From Candidatus Krumholzibacteriota bacterium (GTDB lineage Bacteria > Krumholzibacteriota > Krumholzibacteriia > JAJRXK01): a DNA stretch of 64,000 nucleotides. Location of the stretch: assembly GCA_963764625.1 (NCBI GenBank), contig CAVXTH010000009.1, positions 768,001 to 832,000 of the forward strand, written 5' to 3'. Position numbers and translations under genes: made by a program. The notes under the pieces were generated by a model that saw only the letters and a list, made by a program, of their open reading frames with translations, did not search any database and was not told the origin of the DNA. Of this stretch, positions 61,352-64,000 are shown in pieces; position 1 is the first letter of the stretch; the number at the start of each line of letters is the position of its first letter.

Positions 61352-62334
61352 GCTTCCTGCATCCCTGGCTTTTGGCTCTGATCCCGGTGACGTGGGGCTT
61401 ACTTTGGGTTTTGCGCCGCTTCGCCGGTCGCCGGGCCACCATCAGCTACAGCGGCCTCGCTCTGTTTGCCGGTCTCTCCATCGGCCATCGCGCCCGGACA
61501 CGGGGACTCCCGTTCCTCCTTCGCCTTCTCGCGGTGACCCTAGCCGTCGGCGCACTGGCCCGACCCGTGGTGGCTAATCATACCCAGGTCATCGAGGGCA
61601 AGGGAATCGACATCATGTTCGTCCTGGACATCAGCGGGAGCATGCGGGCCCTGGATTTTCAGCCCGACGACCGGCTCGCCGTCGCCAAGGATGTCATTCG
61701 TAAGTTCATCGATGGGCGCGAGCAAGATCGGATCGGCCTGGTCGTATTCGCGGCCAAGGCGTTTACCCAATGTCCTCTCACTCTCGACTACGGAGTGCTG
61801 AAACGGTTCCTAGACGAAGTGCAAGTCGGACTCATCGAGGACGGAACTGCGATCGGGCTGGGTATCGCTACCGGGGTCAAGAGGCTGGCGCGCAGCGACG
61901 CCAAGAGTCGTATCCTCGTTCTGCTCACCGATGGAGTGAATAACGTTCCCACCGTCGATCCCACGACGGCGGCCGAAGCGGCACGAAGCCTGGGGGTTAA
62001 GATCTACTCCATCGGAATCGGCAAGGAAGGCACCGCGCCGTACCCGGTCGACCATCCGGTACTCGGCCGACGGTACACTCAGATCAAGACGCAGATCGAC
62101 GAAGCTCTGTTGCGCCGCATCTCGAAGCAGACGGGCGGACAGTACTTCCGGGCTCGGAGCGGCGAAGGGCTCGCTCAGATCTTTCAAGTCATCGATTCGC
62201 TCGCGAAGAGCAGAGTCGAAACCACCATCTATACCGACTATCGGCAATTGGCGAGTCTGTTTCTGCTACCGGCGATCGCGCTCATCGTACTGGAACTGCT
62301 GTTGTCCGCCACGCTCTATCGGGTGTTGCCGTAG
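61348..62334 (+). CDS. batA: VWA domain protein BatA
   Basis: MSF.HP N-terminus, DISGSM, DGTAIG, LLTDG. Confidence 0.85.
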   Translation: MSFLHPWLLALIPVTWGLLWVLRRFAGRRATISYSGLALFAGLSIGHRARTRGLPFLLRLLAVTLAVGALARPVVANHTQVIEGKGIDIMFVLDISGSMRALDFQPDDRLAVAKDVIRKFIDGREQDRIGLVVFAAKAFTQCPLTLDYGVLKRFLDEVQVGLIEDGTAIGLGIATGVKRLARSDAKSRILVLLTDGVNNVPTVDPTTAAEAARSLGVKIYSIGIGKEGTAPYPVDHPVLGRRYTQIKTQIDEALLRRISKQTGGQYFRARSGEGLAQIFQVIDSLAKSRVETTIYTDYRQLASLFLLPAIALIVLELLLSATLYRVLP

Positions 62335-62343
62335 GAGAGAGTC

Positions 62344-63349
62344 ATGCGTTTCGCGCATCCTGAAATCCTCTGGCTGCTGTGGGCGCTTCCCGCTCTCGTC
62401 GTCGTATTCTACTTCGCGCGCAAATCCGCGCGCCGCCGCACCCTCCGGTTCATCGGCTCCGATCTGGAGCAACAACTCGTCATCGGACGGCGGGACCGAA
62501 GGCGCATGGGGCGCGCGGCGCTGCTCCTCTTGGTCCTCTCCCAGTTGATCCTCGCGGCGGCGCGACCTCAATGGGGAGCGAACAAAGTGGAAGTCGAGCA
62601 AAAGGGAAGCGACGTGGTGATCGCGCTCGACATTTCGCGTTCGATGCTGGCCGAAGACATCAAGCCGAGCCGCCTGACCCGGGCCAAAGTCGAACTGGCG
62701 GACCTCATGGACGATCTCAACGGAGATCGAGTAGGTCTGGTGTTCTTCGCCGGGGCTGCCTTTCCCCAGTGTCCGCTCACCGTCGACTATTCGGCGGCGC
62801 GCCTCTTTCTGTCCCAAGCCGATCCCACCATGATCGGCAGTCAGGGCACGAATATCGAAGCCGCCATGAGCACCGCTCTCGAGTTGTTCCGAGAAGAAAA
62901 GGGCGGGTATCGAGCCGTCATCTTGGTGACCGACGGGGAGGACTTCGCCGGGGGTCTCGACTGACATCACGCGCAAGTTGCAGGACGCGGGCGTCGTGGT
63001 CTTCCCCATTGGGATGGGGAGTTCCGGAGGGGCGCCGATTCCCGTCTACAACGACCAACACCAGAGAGAGGGCTTCCTCAGGGACGAGAATCAGCAAGTC
63101 GTGATGACGCATCTCAAGGAGGAACCTTTGGTGAAACTCGCCCGGGATACTGGGGGTATCTATGTACGGGCCGGAAGTGGGGGGGTCGATTTGGCCCGCC
63201 TGAGCGCCGGGCTCAGCACTCTGCAGAGTCGGGCCTATCAGGCAACCCGTGTCACCTCGTACCAGGAGCGTTACGCTTGGCCGCTCTCCGCCGCGCTCCT
63301 GTTGCTTCTCTTGGAGCCCTTGTTCAGCGACCGGAGGAAGGGGGAATGA
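62344..63349 (+). CDS. batB: VWA domain protein BatB (frameshift near 62958)
   Basis: ARPQWG, DISRSM, TDGED; continues in ORF 62978..63349. Confidence 0.82.
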
Positions 63350-64000
63350 AGATGCGAGCCATGGCCGTCACCGTTCTCGCGTTCTCCATCTGTTTTGGGC
63401 AGAGCTCACCCGCGCGCGCGTGGGATCCGCTCCAGAAGGCTCGTCGCGCGGCGGAGACGGCGGGAGAGAAGTTGCAGCGAGGAGACACGAAGGGTGCGAT
63501 CGAAAACTACGCCCGCGCGCAAGCCTACCGACCCCAGGATTCCGACTACCGTCTGGGCCTGGGAGAGGCTCTCTATGCCGACGGAGACATGAAAGGCGCG
63601 ATGAGCCAATTCCTGGCGGCCGCCAACTCTGACGATCCGGGGCGCGACCGCCAAGCCCTCTACAACGCGGGGAACGTGGCTCTGGCCAAGAAGGACCCCA
63701 AGATGGCGCTCTCGCTCTTCCAGAAGGCTCTGCTGAAGGGCAAACCCGACCCGGACCTCCTGCACAATCTGGAGCTCGCACAGCGTCTGGTCGAGCAGCA
63801 GAAGAACCAGAAGCAGAAGTCCGATCAGAATCAGAAGCAGGACCAGAAACAGAAGGGTGACCAGAAACAAGATCAGAAGAAGGACCAGGGCCAGGATCAG
63901 AAACAGAATTCCTCAGGGGGAAGGCAGGACCAGAAGAAGCAGCAACAGGATGAGAAGCAGAACGGCTCGAAGGACGATCAACAGCAGTCCCCCGAGAGAA
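63346..64000 (+). CDS. BatC-like TPR protein with Q/K/D-rich tail (runs off window)
   Basis: Manual translation: signal, ALYNAGN, LLHNLELA, then QK-rich low complexity. Confidence 0.8.
   Translation, partial: MKMRAMAVTVLAFSICFGQSSPARAWDPLQKARRAAETAGEKLQRGDTKGAIENYARAQAYRPQDSDYRLGLGEALYADGDMKGAMSQFLAAANSDDPGRDRQALYNAGNVALAKKDPKMALSLFQKALLKGKPDPDLLHNLELAQRLVEQQKNQKQKSDQNQKQDQKQKGDQKQDQKKDQGQDQKQNSSGGRQDQKKQQQDEKQNGSKDDQQQSPER
63799..63960 (+). repeat. coding low-complexity CAGAAG/GACCAG repeats (Q/K/D-rich linker)
   Basis: Repeated cagaag/gaccag units in frame within the BatC-like gene. Confidence 0.6.

Noticed and set aside
62962-62964. TGA in batB as a possible selenocysteine or readthrough site
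   Set aside because: The continuation is in a different frame, so this is a frameshift
63799-63960. CAGAAG-rich repeats as a CRISPR array or VNTR
   Set aside because: In-frame low-complexity Q/K/D linker typical of BatC; no repeat-spacer structure

Overview
Gene-dense, GC-rich bacterial chromosome segment of about 60 genes. A secreted protein with a C-terminal PNPFNP/FlgD-Ig-type domain, many TPR lipoproteins and a Bat operon suggest an FCB-group candidate phylum (Krumholzibacteriota/Latescibacterota-like); this is an inference. Contents: PyrR-attenuated pyrRBC-TPR-pyrKD operon; minus-strand surface-polysaccharide locus (two GDP-sugar SDRs, ugd, flippase, WecA/MraY); 2-oxoacid dehydrogenase operon with lipB/lipA; kbl-like and fba genes; ECF sigma/anti-sigma pair; cstA-glcDEF; add; tRNA-modification genes; MoxR-DUF58-BatABC. 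Most notable: (i) a dispersed RiPP-like module made of a 46-aa peptide with a YxxP lasso-type leader, a stand-alone PqqD/RRE gene and an NTP_transf_5-like gene, with a shared ~40-bp motif upstream of the peptide and RRE genes; (ii) three apparent pseudoenzymes (HemC-like, nucleotidyltransferase, GT2-TPR). Six genes carry single-base frameshifts, probably long-read errors. No rRNA, tRNA, CRISPR array or mobile element was seen. All family calls come from reading motifs by eye, not from database searches.
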